Source of the DNA: Planctomycetota bacterium
GTDB taxonomy: Bacteria; Planctomycetota; Phycisphaerae; Phycisphaerales; Phycisphaeraceae
Assembly (NCBI GenBank): GCA_039201235.1
Contig: JBCCRT010000003.1
Span: forward strand, 357 to 64,356
DNA length: 64,000 nucleotides
Direction: 5' to 3'
The position numbers and the translations under genes were made by a program. Below, in pieces: positions 13,185 to 23,696 of the stretch; position 1 is the stretch's first letter; the number at the start of each line of letters is the position of its first letter. The notes beneath the pieces were generated by a model. It saw only the letters and a list, made by a program, of their open reading frames with translations, did no database searches and had not been told where the DNA came from.

Positions 13185-15256
13185 GTTCGCTCCATACCCA
13201 GCAGCCGTGGAGCCGGGTGGACGAAGCAACGATCGGCGTGCGGCGTGCGTCGGCGTCGGAGGCGGCGTGGGCGGAGCGTCAGCGGTGGCGGGACGACGCC
13301 GCGCGGCCCGAGCCGGGCAAGCCTTTGCGTCACGCCGACGCGGCGTACGACTGGTTCGCGTCGCGGGTGGTGACGCTGCGTTCGCCGACGCGGTTTTATC
13401 TGCGGCGGGCCGAGCGGGTGCTGGTGGCCGAGGCGTCGCTGCGTGAGCTGGGCGCGGCCGAGCTGTCGGCGGAGGTTGGGCGGATGCAAGCGTTGGCCCG
13501 GACGGGTCGGCTGGGGGGCGTGGCCGAGCGGACGCGGGCGCTGGCGGTGGTGCGGGAGGCGGGGCGGCGGGCGTGGGGCCTCAGCGCGTACCGCGAGCAG
13601 GTGGCCGGGGCGTGGGCGCTGCTCGACGGGCGGATGACGGAGATGGCGACCGGCGAGGGCAAGACGCTGGTGGCGGCGTTGGCCGCGGCGGTGATCGGCT
13701 GGCGGGGGCGGGGCTGTCACGTGGTGACGGTCAACGACTACCTCGCGCAGCGTGACGCGGCGTTGGCCGCGCCGTTCTTCGGGCTCTGCGGGCTGCGGGT
13801 CGGTTATGTGGTCAACGACACGCCGCCGCCGGACCGCGCTGCGGCCTACGCCGCCGACGTGACCTACACGACCCACCAGAACGCCGCGGCGGACTACCTG
13901 CGGGACCAGCTGGCCGACGAGGCGGCGGGCGACCGACGCGGCGCGAGTTTGCCGGGGACGCTTGCCCGTCGGCTGGGCTCGGGGTTGCCGGGGCGGACCG
14001 ATAGCCGGCGGGTGATGCGGGGGCTCGAGGCCGCGCTGGTGGACGAGGCGGACTCGGTGCTGCTGGACGAGGCGGTGACGCCGCTGATCATCTCCGGGGG
14101 TTCCGACGACCCGGCCCGGGCGGAGGCCTTCGCGGCCGCCGCGGCGTTGGCCGAGCGGTTCGAGCCGGGCCGGGACTTCCGCCTCGATCTGCGTCACCGC
14201 GACCTGCGTCTGACGCCGCAGGGCGAGCGGCGGATCGACGAGCTCTGCGAAGCTACGCCCGGGCCCCTGCAGCAGAAATTCCGGGGGGGGCGGGTGCGGC
14301 GGGAGATGTTGCACCAGGCGCTCACCGCCCGCCACCTGTTCCTGCGCGGCGACCAGTACGTCGTGCGGGACGGGAAGGTGGTCATCGTGGACGGCGCGAC
14401 CGGCCGGCTGATGCCCGACCGCACCTGGCGAGCGGGCCTGCATCAGGCGGTCGAGGCCAAGGAGGGAGTCGAGGTCCAGGGTGTGAAGCAGACGCTGGCG
14501 TCGGTGAGCTTCCAGCGTTTCTTCCGCCAGTACCAACACCTGGCGGGGACGACGGGCACGGCCTGGAGCGACCGGGCCGAGGTCTGGCGGACCTATCGCC
14601 TCCGCACGGTCCGGGTCCCGACGCACCGGCCCTGCCGCCGCCGGCGGGTCGAGGCCCGGCCGCTCCGCCACCTCAACGCGAAGTGGGACGCCGTGGTCCG
14701 CGCCACCCGGCAACACCGCGACGCGGGCCGGCCCGTGCTTATCGGCACCCGCAGCGTCGAGGACAGCGAGACGCTCGGGCAACGGCTCACCGCCGCGGGG
14801 ATCGCCCATGACGTGCTCAACGCCCACGCCCACGAGCGGGAGGCCGGCATCGTCGCCGACGCCGGGCAAGCGGGCCGGGTCACCGTCGCCACCAACATGG
14901 CCGGCCGCGGCACGGACATCAAGCTCGGCGCGGGGGTCGCCGATCGCGGCGGCTTGGTCGTCATCGCCACCGACCGCCACGACTCGCCGCGGGTCGACCG
15001 CCAGCTCCGCGGCCGGGCCGCCCGCCAGGGCGAGCCGGGGGTCGCATTGACGATCACCAGCCTGGACGACCCGCTGCCCCGCCGCTACGCCCGCCGGACC
15101 GCCGGGGTGCTGCGGGTGCTGCTGTCGGTGACACCCGGTCCCGTGGCAAGGGGGGTGTTCCGCGTCGCCCAGGCCCGCGCCGCCCGCCACGCCGCGCAGC
15201 AGCGCCGGCAGGTCCAGCTCCGCGACGAACACCTCGCCGAGCAGGTCAGCTTCTGA
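13181..15256 (+). CDS. secA: secondary, C-terminally truncated SecA (SecA_DEAD) ATPase
   Basis: GTG at 13181 overlaps the upstream stop. Motifs EMATGEGKT, VTVNDYLAQRD, VDEADSVLLDEA.TPLIISG, ATNMAGRGTDI, QLRGRAARQGEPG. Only ~691 aa, lacking the wing/C-terminal region, so a paralogue rather than the housekeeping copy. Confidence 0.85.
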   Translation: MSSLHTQQPWSRVDEATIGVRRASASEAAWAERQRWRDDAARPEPGKPLRHADAAYDWFASRVVTLRSPTRFYLRRAERVLVAEASLRELGAAELSAEVGRMQALARTGRLGGVAERTRALAVVREAGRRAWGLSAYREQVAGAWALLDGRMTEMATGEGKTLVAALAAAVIGWRGRGCHVVTVNDYLAQRDAALAAPFFGLCGLRVGYVVNDTPPPDRAAAYAADVTYTTHQNAAADYLRDQLADEAAGDRRGASLPGTLARRLGSGLPGRTDSRRVMRGLEAALVDEADSVLLDEAVTPLIISGGSDDPARAEAFAAAAALAERFEPGRDFRLDLRHRDLRLTPQGERRIDELCEATPGPLQQKFRGGRVRREMLHQALTARHLFLRGDQYVVRDGKVVIVDGATGRLMPDRTWRAGLHQAVEAKEGVEVQGVKQTLASVSFQRFFRQYQHLAGTTGTAWSDRAEVWRTYRLRTVRVPTHRPCRRRRVEARPLRHLNAKWDAVVRATRQHRDAGRPVLIGTRSVEDSETLGQRLTAAGIAHDVLNAHAHEREAGIVADAGQAGRVTVATNMAGRGTDIKLGAGVADRGGLVVIATDRHDSPRVDRQLRGRAARQGEPGVALTITSLDDPLPRRYARRTAGVLRVLLSVTPGPVARGVFRVAQARAARHAAQQRRQVQLRDEHLAEQVSF

Positions 15257-15593
15257 CCGCCGGTGGTGGTTCGGGCCGGGCCGGACTTTAGCTATCTTCA
15301 CGTCGGTCGGTTTCGGCGTCCCGCCGCGGATGGTCGGCCGGGATTAATTTTTTATTTCGGCTTGATACCGCGTTGCGTTCGGTCGGCTACGGGGTAAGTT
15401 TGGGGTCCGCCGAGTGTCCGAGGGATGTGGGGCTACGGCGGGGAGAGATCGCCGCGAAAAGAAAGACGGTCGGGAAGCCGTCGCTGGGGGTTCCGTGAGA
15501 CGAAGGATCGTCGGCCGGCCCGGGGGCCGGGGAGGTCGATGTGTGGTTCGAGGTGGATTGGTCATGTGCGGCCCGCGCGGCCGGAAGGGGTTG

Positions 15594-18500
15594 ATGGTGG
15601 TTAAGCCAACGGGAGCGGAGTCGGGGCGGTCGTGGCCGCGGACCTGGATCGGGAGCCTGGACCCGGCGCTGCGGCGGCTGGTGCGGCGTTGGATGTGGCT
15701 GGACTTTGCGCGTTCGCGGCGTCGCGCGGCCGTGGCGGCGGGGATTCCGGGGATTCCGGGGGCGCAGGGAGCGCTACGGGAGGGTGGGCTCGAGCCGTGT
15801 GAGCCACGGCTGCTGATGGCGGGCGACGTGCTGTACGCGGTCAACGCGGGCGGCCCGACGCTGACCGATACCGACGGGCAGGTGTGGACGGCCGACGCGG
15901 GGTTCTTCAACCCCGCGGCCCAGAGCCTGACGTTTAGCAACAGCGTGACGATCGACCTGACCGACCCGTCGGTGCCGAGCGGCGCGGACGAGCGGCTGTT
16001 CCAAACCGAGCGGTGGGACCTCTCGGCGGGCGAGGAGCTGGCGTATACGTTTGACGTGTCCGACGGCACGTACCGGCTGGACCTCTACTTCGCGGAGATC
16101 TTCTCCGGGGCCACGGACCCGGGCGACCGCGTCTTCGACGTCGAAGTCGAGGGTCAGACGGTACTGGACGACTACGACGTGGCGGGGGACGTCGGCGGGT
16201 TCGCCGGCGTGGTGCAGAGCTTCGAGGTCGCGGTCAGCGACGGGCAGCTGGACCTGCGGTTCCTGCGGGAGACCGAGAACCCGGCGGTCAAGGCGATCCG
16301 CGTGGTCAGCGTCGGCGACCCGGTTCCCGCGGCCCCGGTGGTGGATGTGGACGGCCCGTCGAGCAGCGGCGGCTACCTCGCCGACTTCGTCGCCGGCGGC
16401 GGGGCGGTGTCGGTCGTCGCCCCCGACGCGACGCTGACGGACGCGGACTCGGCGACGCTGGCGTCGCTGACCGTCTCACTGGACGCGACGCCCGACGGGG
16501 CGGACGAGGTGCTGACGGCCGACACCTCGGGCACGCCGATTATCGCGGCGTACGCCGGCGACACGCTGAGCCTGACCGGTTCGGCGTCGGTGGCGGACTA
16601 CCGGCAGGTGCTGGGCACGGTGGCCTACGACAACACCGCAACCGAGCCGACGGCGGGCACGCGGACCGTGAGCTTCGTGGCCAACGACGGGACGCTGGAC
16701 AGCGCCGCGTCGACGGCGGTCGTGTCCGTCACGGCCGCGCCCGACCCGGTCGCCCCGACGCTGGACCTCAACGGCGCGGCGGCGGGCACCTCGGCCTCGG
16801 CGTCGTTCGTCGGCGGCGGCAGCGCGGTCGCCATCGCGCCGGCGGCCGTACTCGACGATACCGACTCGGCGACGCTGGCGTCGCTGACCGTCACGCTGGA
16901 CACGACGCCCGACGGGGCCGACGAGACGCTGACCGCCGACGTGGCGGGCACCGGGCTCAGCGCGGCGTATTCGAGCCAGACGCTGACGGTCACCGGCACC
17001 GCGTCCGTCGCCGTGTACCAAACCGTGCTGCGGTCGGTGGCTTACGTCAACACCGCCGCCGAGGTGACCGAGGGCACGCGGACCCTGTCGGTGCTGGCGA
17101 GCGACGGCGGGCTGACGAGCAACGCCGCGGCGGCCGCGGTGGGCGTGACGCGTCCCGCGCCGCCGAGCGAGTCGGTCGTGCTCTACGCGGTGCACCCCGG
17201 GGCCGGCTTCACCGACGGGTCCGGTCAGGTCTGGACGCCCGACGCCGGCTTCTTCAACGCCGACGCCGGCAGCGGCACGTTCACCAGCGGTTCGAGCATC
17301 GACGTCTCGGATGCCTCGCTGCCCGCGGGCACCGACGCCCGCCACTTCCAGAGCGAACGCTACGACCCCAGCTCCGGCCAAGAGCTGACCTACGCGTTCG
17401 ACGTCGCCGACGGCACGTACCGCATCGAGCTGTACTTCGCCGACATCTTCTCGGGCACGCAGGACCCCGGCGACCGGGTGTTCGACGTCGAGATCGAGGG
17501 CCAGACCGTCCTCGACGACTTCGACATCGCCGGCGAGGTCGGCGGGTTCACCGGCGTGGTCAAGACGTTCGACGTCGAGGTGACCGACGGCCAGGCCACG
17601 GTCACGTTCCTCCGCGCGGTGGAGAACCCGGCGGTCAAGGCGATCCGCGTTTCGACGCTGGGCCCGGCGACGCCCGACCCCGAGGCCCCGGTGATCGACC
17701 TCAACGGCGGCGCGGCGGGCACGGGCTCCGCCGCGGGCTTCGTCGCCGAGGACGGGCCGGTGCCGATCGTCGGCCCCGACGCCACGATCGTCGACCCCGA
17801 CTCGGCCACGCTCGCGTCGCTGACCGTCACGCTGACCAACCCGCTCGACGGCGCAAGCGAGACCCTCGCCGCCGACACCACGGGCACCGGCATCACCGCG
17901 AGCTACGCCAACGGCACGCTGACCCTCACCGGCGTGGCGTCGGTCGCCGACTACCAGGCGGTGCTGCGCACGGTCACCTACGACAACGCCGCGGCGGACC
18001 CCGACCTGACCCCGCGGTCCGTCTCGTTCGTGGCGAATGACGGCGCGCTGAATAGCGCGGCCGCCACCGCCACGGTGACGCTGACCGACACCGATCCGCC
18101 CGACGCCGGGACGCTCGCGGCGGTCGCCGGCACGGTGAACCTCGGTGACGTCCAGGTCGGCGTCGTCGGCCGCGCTACGGTATCGCTGGTCAACACCGCC
18201 GCGCCCGGTGCGGGTGATGTGACCGTCTCCGCCATCAACGTTGTCGGGGCAGACGCCAACGCGTTCGGTTTCCTATTGCCGGACGACGTCACCTTGCCGC
18301 TGACCCTCGCGCCGGGCGAACAGCTCGACCTGACCGCTTACGTCCTGCCGTCGGCCACCGGCGCGCTCGACGCCGAGCTGCAAGTGATCAGTGACACGGC
18401 GACGAGCCCCGTCTCGGTCGCCTTGACCGCCCAGGCGGTGACCCCACAGAACGTCGACTTCACCGCCGGCTCGGTCACCGGCCTCGACGCGGTCTCGCCC

Positions 18501-21500
18501 ACCACGCTGCAGTGGGGCCCCGACGGCCGGCTCTACGTCGGCACCCTCGACGGGCTCATCCACGCCTACACCCTCGGCCGAACCGGCCCCGCGCAGTACC
18601 AGGTCAACGCCTCCGAAACCATCGACCTGGTTCAGCAGATCCCCAACCACAATGACCTCGGCCAACTCGAGACCGACGTCGACACCCGACTGATCACCGG
18701 CATCCTCATTGCCGGCACCGCCGCGGACCCGGTCGTCTACGTCACCTCCAGCGACCCCCGCCTGACCGACGGCACGGGCTCGTCGATCGACACCAACTCC
18801 GGCGTGATCTCCCGGCTCGAGCGGGTCAACGGCACCTGGGAAAAGGTCGATCTGATCCGCGGCCTGCCCCGCTCCACCGTCGACCACGCGCCCAACGGCC
18901 TATCGATCGACCCCGCCACGGGCGAGCTGCTGGTTGCCGTCGGCGGTAACACCAACGCCGGCGCCCCGGCCAACTTCTTCGGCAACTTGCCGGAGTACGC
19001 CCTCTCCGGCGCGGTGCTGGCCTTCGACCTCGCCGCCCTCGAAGCCCTGCCCATCCAGACCGACGCCAACGGCCAGGACTTCAAGTACAACCTGCCCACC
19101 CTCGACGACCAGGACCGGCCGGGCGTCGACGACAACAACGACCCCTTCGGCGGCAACAACGGCCAGAACCAGGCCCGCCTCATCGAAGACGGCCCGTACC
19201 GCATCTTCGCCACCGGCCTGCGCAACCCCTACGACGTCGTCGTCACGCAGCGCGGCCAAGTCTACTCCGTCGACAACGGACCGAACTCGTCCATCGGCTC
19301 CACCCCCGTTCTCGACGGCGACGGCGACCCCACCAACCAGCCCAGCGAGGGCGGCGTCACCTACCCCGACGCCCTGCATCTGCTCACCGACGGCTCCTAC
19401 GCCGGCCACCCCAACCCCACCCGCGCCAACCCCGACAACACCTTCAACAGCACCAACCCCCAGTCCCCGGTCTACGGCGGCTACACCGAGCCCGGCGACT
19501 TCCGGCCCTCCGGCGGCGGCGACGGCGCGCTGGCGACCTTCGACGAATCGACCAACGGCATCGCCGAGTACACCGCCACCGTTTTCGGCAACGCGATCAA
19601 CGGCGACCTGCTGACCGTCTCCATCGACGGCGCGCTGACCCGCCTCAAGCTCTCGCCCGACGGCACATCGGTCATCGGCCGCGAGGTCCTGTTCTCCAAC
19701 GCCGCCGGCTACCCGCTCGACGTCACCACCGTCGGCGACGACCACCCCTTCGCCGGCACGGTCTGGGTCACCGACCTCTTCGGCGGGCCCGGTCAGGTCG
19801 TCCGCGTCTTCGAGCCCAACGCCGGCGGCGGCAACGTCGGTACACCCGACGACCTCGACGGAGACGGCTACCTCAACCAGGACGAGATCGACAACGGCAC
19901 CAACCCCGAATCCGCCGGCGACTTCCCCGCCGACAACGACGCCGACTTCGTCTCCGACCTCAACGACCCCAACGACGACAACGACGCCCTGGACGACGTC
20001 GACGACCCGTTCTATGTCGACGCGGCCAACGGCACCGGTGTCGGACTCCCTTACGCCCTGACCTTCGACAACGACGACTTGAACCGCGGCGGGCTGCTCG
20101 ATCTCGGCTTCACCGGGCTCATGACCAACGGCAGCACCGACCCGCTGGACCAGTTCGACACCGCCAACCTCACCGCCGGGTCCGCCGCCGGCGTGCTCAC
20201 CATCGACCAGGTCGGCGACGGCACCGCCCTCGGCTCGGCCAACACCCAGGAAAACGCTTTCCAGTTCGGCGTCGACGTCGACGACAACTCCGCTCCGTTC
20301 GTCATCCGCTCGCAGATCAACTCGGTCTTCGACAACACCACCCCCGCCGCCGGCCAGCGGGCCGGGATCTACTTCGGCACCGGTGACCAGGACAACTACA
20401 TCTCGGTCTTCGTCGAGGGCGACGGCACGGTCAACACCGTCACCGAAGTCGGCGGCAGCCCGACCTTCGGCACCGGCGACATCCTGCCGCCCGACAGCTT
20501 CACCAACCTCAACCTCTACCTCACCGTCGACCCCGTCGCCGGCACCGTGCAGGCGGCCTACAGCCTCGGCACCGCCGGTCCGATCGTCGAACTGGCCTCG
20601 ACCGAGGCGTTGCCCGCCGCCTGGCTCACCGGCTCGACCCGGCCGGCGGTCGGCGTGATCTCCACCACCGGCGGCGGCGACAGCTACGCCGTGACCTACG
20701 ACTTCATCCGCGTCGACTTCGTCGAAGGCGACCCGGGCCAGACGCCCTTCGGCGGCACGCCCCACGCCGTCGGCGACGTCGTCCAGGCCGAGCACTTCGA
20801 CGAGGGCGGCCCCGGCGTCGCCTACGCCGACGAGGACCCGTTCAACAACGGCACGTCCACCACCCGCGCCGGCGAGGGCGTGGACATCGAGCCGACGACC
20901 GACACCGGCGGCGGCGTGAACGTCGGCTGGATCAAGGCGGGCGAGCACCTCGAGTACACCTTCGACATCGCCGAGGCCGGGTCGTACGACGTGGACTTCC
21001 GCGTCGCGCTGGCCGACGGCGGCGGCGGGACGTTCCACCTCGAGGCCGACGGTGTAGACGTGTCGGGCCCGATCGCGCTGCCCAACACCGGCGGCTGGCA
21101 GAACTGGACCACCGTGACGGCGACGGACGTCGACCTCGCCGCCGGGGAGCAGACGCTGCGGATCGCCTTCGACCAGGCCAGCAGCGGCGGCACGTCCGTG
21201 GGCAACCTCAACTGGTTCCGCGTCAACCCGCTGCCCGACGACCCCGACCCGGACCCGACCGGCCAGACGCCGTTCGGCGGGGCCGCCGCGACGGTCGATC
21301 AGATCATCCAGGCCGAGCACTTCGACGTGGGCGGCGTGGGCGTGGCCTATGACGACACCGAGGCCACGAACCTGGGCAACTCGGACCTGCGTCCCGGCAC
21401 GGGCGTCGACCTCGAGGCCACGGGCGATACTGGCGGCGGTGTGAACGTCGGCTGGATCAAGGCGGGCGAATACCTCGAGTACACCGTGTCGATCCCGACG

Positions 21501-23696
21501 GCCGGCACTTACGACCTCGACTTCCGCGTGGCGCTCGACGGCGGCGCGGGCAGCACGTTCCACCTCGAGTCCGACGGCGTCGACGTCACCGGACCGATCA
21601 CGCTGCCCGACACCGGCGGCTGGCAGAACTTCGAGACCGTCACCGTCAACGGCGTACAGCTCGACGCCGGCACGCAGGTGCTGCGGGTCGCCTTCGACAC
21701 CGCCGCCGGCGGCGGGTTCGTCGGTAACTTCAACTGGTTCCGCGTCGCCACGCCCGGCATCGACCCGCCCGACAACGCGTTGGACCTGGGCGACTCCAAC
21801 GAGTTCAACTGGGTCAACGCCGCCCCGATCCCCGGCCCCGACCGCTTCGAGGCGATGACTTTCACCGCCGACAACCTGGTCTACGTCTTCGGCGGCTACG
21901 CCGATTTCCTCAGCGACAAACTCAACGATAGCTGGGTCTACGACATCCGCGAAGACGAGTGGACCCAGCTCTCGGATATGCCCACGACGGTGAACCACCT
22001 CAACCCGGTCTACGACCCGGTGCTGAACCAGGCGTGGTTCGTCGGCGGCTTCAAGGGCGAGTTTCCGGGCGACCCGACCGACGACGCTTGGATTTACGAC
22101 GTGGCGACCGACACCTGGTCTGCCGGTCCGTCCATGCCCGACGAGCTGAGCAGCGGCACCACCGCGCTCGTCGGCCGCGAGCTGCACTACGTCGGCGGCT
22201 TCCCGACCCGCGACCAGGACGGCGTGACCGACCACTACGTCCTGAACCTCGACGACTTGGATGCCGGCTGGAGCACCTCGGTCGCCGCGCCCGTCGGCCG
22301 GGGCCACGCCACGGTGGCCGTCGTCGGCGACTCGTTCTACGTCTTCGGCGGCCAAAACGACCACCGAGGCGACCCCGACGACTTCAACTTCGTCTACGCC
22401 TTCGACACCATCACCGACACCTGGTCGCAGAAGGCCGACATGCCGTTCAGCTGGTCGCACAACGAGCCGAGCACCTTCGTCGCCAACGGCCGGGTGCTCA
22501 TCGGCGGGGGCCGCAACCGCGAGCCCGACGGGCCCGACCGCGAGACCGTCAACGACTTCTACGCCTACGACCCGCAGGAGGACGCCTGGGTCCGCCTGCC
22601 GGACCTGCCCGATTCGCTGCTCGCGCCGTTCCTCACCGCGGTCGACGATCCCAACGACGGCGGGTCCCACCCCAGCTCCAGCTGCGGCTGCGCCCAGTGT
22701 CAGGCCCTCTTCGGCGGCACCGGCGTGACCGACGGGCTCAACGGCACCAGCGAGACCTTCGCCGCCGACTTCGACGACGTCTGGTACACCCTCGACGACC
22801 TGCCCGCCGACCTCGGCGAGGTCGCCGGCGGCGTGATCGACAACAAGCTCTACGTCGTCGGCGACGGCGACGACGGCACCTACGCCTACGACTTCGAGAC
22901 CGGCGACTGGTCCAACGTCAACGCCGACCGCCCCGACCCCGCCAAGGACCAACTCGCCCAGGTCGTCGACGGCAAGCTCTACGTCATCGGCGGCGTGGAC
23001 TACAGCCGCAGCAATCCCGCCATCAACGACGTCCAGATCTACGACCCCGCCACCAACCAGTGGTCCGCCGGCGCCGACGTGCCCATCAACGTCTTCGCCG
23101 CCCAGACCGCGCTGATCGGCGGCAAGATCTACCTCAACGGCGGCGTCTCCGACGGCCAGACCACCGACCACACCTACGTCTACGACCCCGCCGCCGACAC
23201 CTGGACCCGCCTCGCCGACGCCCCGGTCGGACGTAACTCCGCCGCCACCGGCACCGACGGACAGAAGATGTACATCTTCGGCGGACGCGTCGGCGGAGAC
23301 GCCCCGGGCAACGGCTTCGACACCGTCCTGGTCTACGACCCGGCAACCGACACCTGGGAGTCCAGCGACGACCCGGCCCCCGGAAGCGATCCGATCGCTC
23401 CGCTGCCCCAGCGTAGAGGGGGGATCGTCAACGCCCCGTTCGTCGCCGGCGAGTTCTACGTCATCGGCGGCGAGACCGATAACGACCCGACCGCCAACGA
23501 CGTCGGCCTCTACGACCGCGTTGACATCTACAACCCCGTGACCAACACCTGGCGTGAGGGGGCGCCGATGATCACGGCTCGCCACGGCATCTACCCCGTC
23601 GGCTACGCCGGCGGCATCTACATCGCCGGCGGCGGCGTGGTCAAGGGCGGGTCGAACTCCGACGTCTTCGAGGTCTACTACGCCGACCTGATCTGA
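15594..23696 (+). CDS. giant (~2700 aa) LEPR-XLL extracellular protein: 2 malectin, 3 cadherin-like repeats, Ig, sugar-dehydrogenase-like propeller, Ca-binding repeats, 2 CBM6/35-like, Kelch propellers
   Basis: LEPCEPRLLMA at 15789-15821. Malectin 'LYFAEIF...RVFDVEVEG' x2; 'ATGLRNPYD'; DLDGDG; 'QAEHFD.GG...VGWIKAGE.LEY...TGGWQN' x2; Kelch 'YVFGG/YVIGG...YDP.TDTW'. Start chosen at the ATG after GAAGGGG; uncertain. Confidence 0.85.
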   Translation: MVVKPTGAESGRSWPRTWIGSLDPALRRLVRRWMWLDFARSRRRAAVAAGIPGIPGAQGALREGGLEPCEPRLLMAGDVLYAVNAGGPTLTDTDGQVWTADAGFFNPAAQSLTFSNSVTIDLTDPSVPSGADERLFQTERWDLSAGEELAYTFDVSDGTYRLDLYFAEIFSGATDPGDRVFDVEVEGQTVLDDYDVAGDVGGFAGVVQSFEVAVSDGQLDLRFLRETENPAVKAIRVVSVGDPVPAAPVVDVDGPSSSGGYLADFVAGGGAVSVVAPDATLTDADSATLASLTVSLDATPDGADEVLTADTSGTPIIAAYAGDTLSLTGSASVADYRQVLGTVAYDNTATEPTAGTRTVSFVANDGTLDSAASTAVVSVTAAPDPVAPTLDLNGAAAGTSASASFVGGGSAVAIAPAAVLDDTDSATLASLTVTLDTTPDGADETLTADVAGTGLSAAYSSQTLTVTGTASVAVYQTVLRSVAYVNTAAEVTEGTRTLSVLASDGGLTSNAAAAAVGVTRPAPPSESVVLYAVHPGAGFTDGSGQVWTPDAGFFNADAGSGTFTSGSSIDVSDASLPAGTDARHFQSERYDPSSGQELTYAFDVADGTYRIELYFADIFSGTQDPGDRVFDVEIEGQTVLDDFDIAGEVGGFTGVVKTFDVEVTDGQATVTFLRAVENPAVKAIRVSTLGPATPDPEAPVIDLNGGAAGTGSAAGFVAEDGPVPIVGPDATIVDPDSATLASLTVTLTNPLDGASETLAADTTGTGITASYANGTLTLTGVASVADYQAVLRTVTYDNAAADPDLTPRSVSFVANDGALNSAAATATVTLTDTDPPDAGTLAAVAGTVNLGDVQVGVVGRATVSLVNTAAPGAGDVTVSAINVVGADANAFGFLLPDDVTLPLTLAPGEQLDLTAYVLPSATGALDAELQVISDTATSPVSVALTAQAVTPQNVDFTAGSVTGLDAVSPTTLQWGPDGRLYVGTLDGLIHAYTLGRTGPAQYQVNASETIDLVQQIPNHNDLGQLETDVDTRLITGILIAGTAADPVVYVTSSDPRLTDGTGSSIDTNSGVISRLERVNGTWEKVDLIRGLPRSTVDHAPNGLSIDPATGELLVAVGGNTNAGAPANFFGNLPEYALSGAVLAFDLAALEALPIQTDANGQDFKYNLPTLDDQDRPGVDDNNDPFGGNNGQNQARLIEDGPYRIFATGLRNPYDVVVTQRGQVYSVDNGPNSSIGSTPVLDGDGDPTNQPSEGGVTYPDALHLLTDGSYAGHPNPTRANPDNTFNSTNPQSPVYGGYTEPGDFRPSGGGDGALATFDESTNGIAEYTATVFGNAINGDLLTVSIDGALTRLKLSPDGTSVIGREVLFSNAAGYPLDVTTVGDDHPFAGTVWVTDLFGGPGQVVRVFEPNAGGGNVGTPDDLDGDGYLNQDEIDNGTNPESAGDFPADNDADFVSDLNDPNDDNDALDDVDDPFYVDAANGTGVGLPYALTFDNDDLNRGGLLDLGFTGLMTNGSTDPLDQFDTANLTAGSAAGVLTIDQVGDGTALGSANTQENAFQFGVDVDDNSAPFVIRSQINSVFDNTTPAAGQRAGIYFGTGDQDNYISVFVEGDGTVNTVTEVGGSPTFGTGDILPPDSFTNLNLYLTVDPVAGTVQAAYSLGTAGPIVELASTEALPAAWLTGSTRPAVGVISTTGGGDSYAVTYDFIRVDFVEGDPGQTPFGGTPHAVGDVVQAEHFDEGGPGVAYADEDPFNNGTSTTRAGEGVDIEPTTDTGGGVNVGWIKAGEHLEYTFDIAEAGSYDVDFRVALADGGGGTFHLEADGVDVSGPIALPNTGGWQNWTTVTATDVDLAAGEQTLRIAFDQASSGGTSVGNLNWFRVNPLPDDPDPDPTGQTPFGGAAATVDQIIQAEHFDVGGVGVAYDDTEATNLGNSDLRPGTGVDLEATGDTGGGVNVGWIKAGEYLEYTVSIPTAGTYDLDFRVALDGGAGSTFHLESDGVDVTGPITLPDTGGWQNFETVTVNGVQLDAGTQVLRVAFDTAAGGGFVGNFNWFRVATPGIDPPDNALDLGDSNEFNWVNAAPIPGPDRFEAMTFTADNLVYVFGGYADFLSDKLNDSWVYDIREDEWTQLSDMPTTVNHLNPVYDPVLNQAWFVGGFKGEFPGDPTDDAWIYDVATDTWSAGPSMPDELSSGTTALVGRELHYVGGFPTRDQDGVTDHYVLNLDDLDAGWSTSVAAPVGRGHATVAVVGDSFYVFGGQNDHRGDPDDFNFVYAFDTITDTWSQKADMPFSWSHNEPSTFVANGRVLIGGGRNREPDGPDRETVNDFYAYDPQEDAWVRLPDLPDSLLAPFLTAVDDPNDGGSHPSSSCGCAQCQALFGGTGVTDGLNGTSETFAADFDDVWYTLDDLPADLGEVAGGVIDNKLYVVGDGDDGTYAYDFETGDWSNVNADRPDPAKDQLAQVVDGKLYVIGGVDYSRSNPAINDVQIYDPATNQWSAGADVPINVFAAQTALIGGKIYLNGGVSDGQTTDHTYVYDPAADTWTRLADAPVGRNSAATGTDGQKMYIFGGRVGGDAPGNGFDTVLVYDPATDTWESSDDPAPGSDPIAPLPQRRGGIVNAPFVAGEFYVIGGETDNDPTANDVGLYDRVDIYNPVTNTWREGAPMITARHGIYPVGYAGGIYIAGGGVVKGGSNSDVFEVYYADLI
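16332..18085 (+). repeat. three intragenic ~135-aa repeats (AP.[VL]DLNG...DSATLASLTV...ADYQ.VL.TV.Y.N)
   Basis: DNA 'gactcggcgacgctggcgtcgctgaccgtc' is identical at ~16446 and ~16863 and near-identical at ~17799. Confidence 0.8.
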
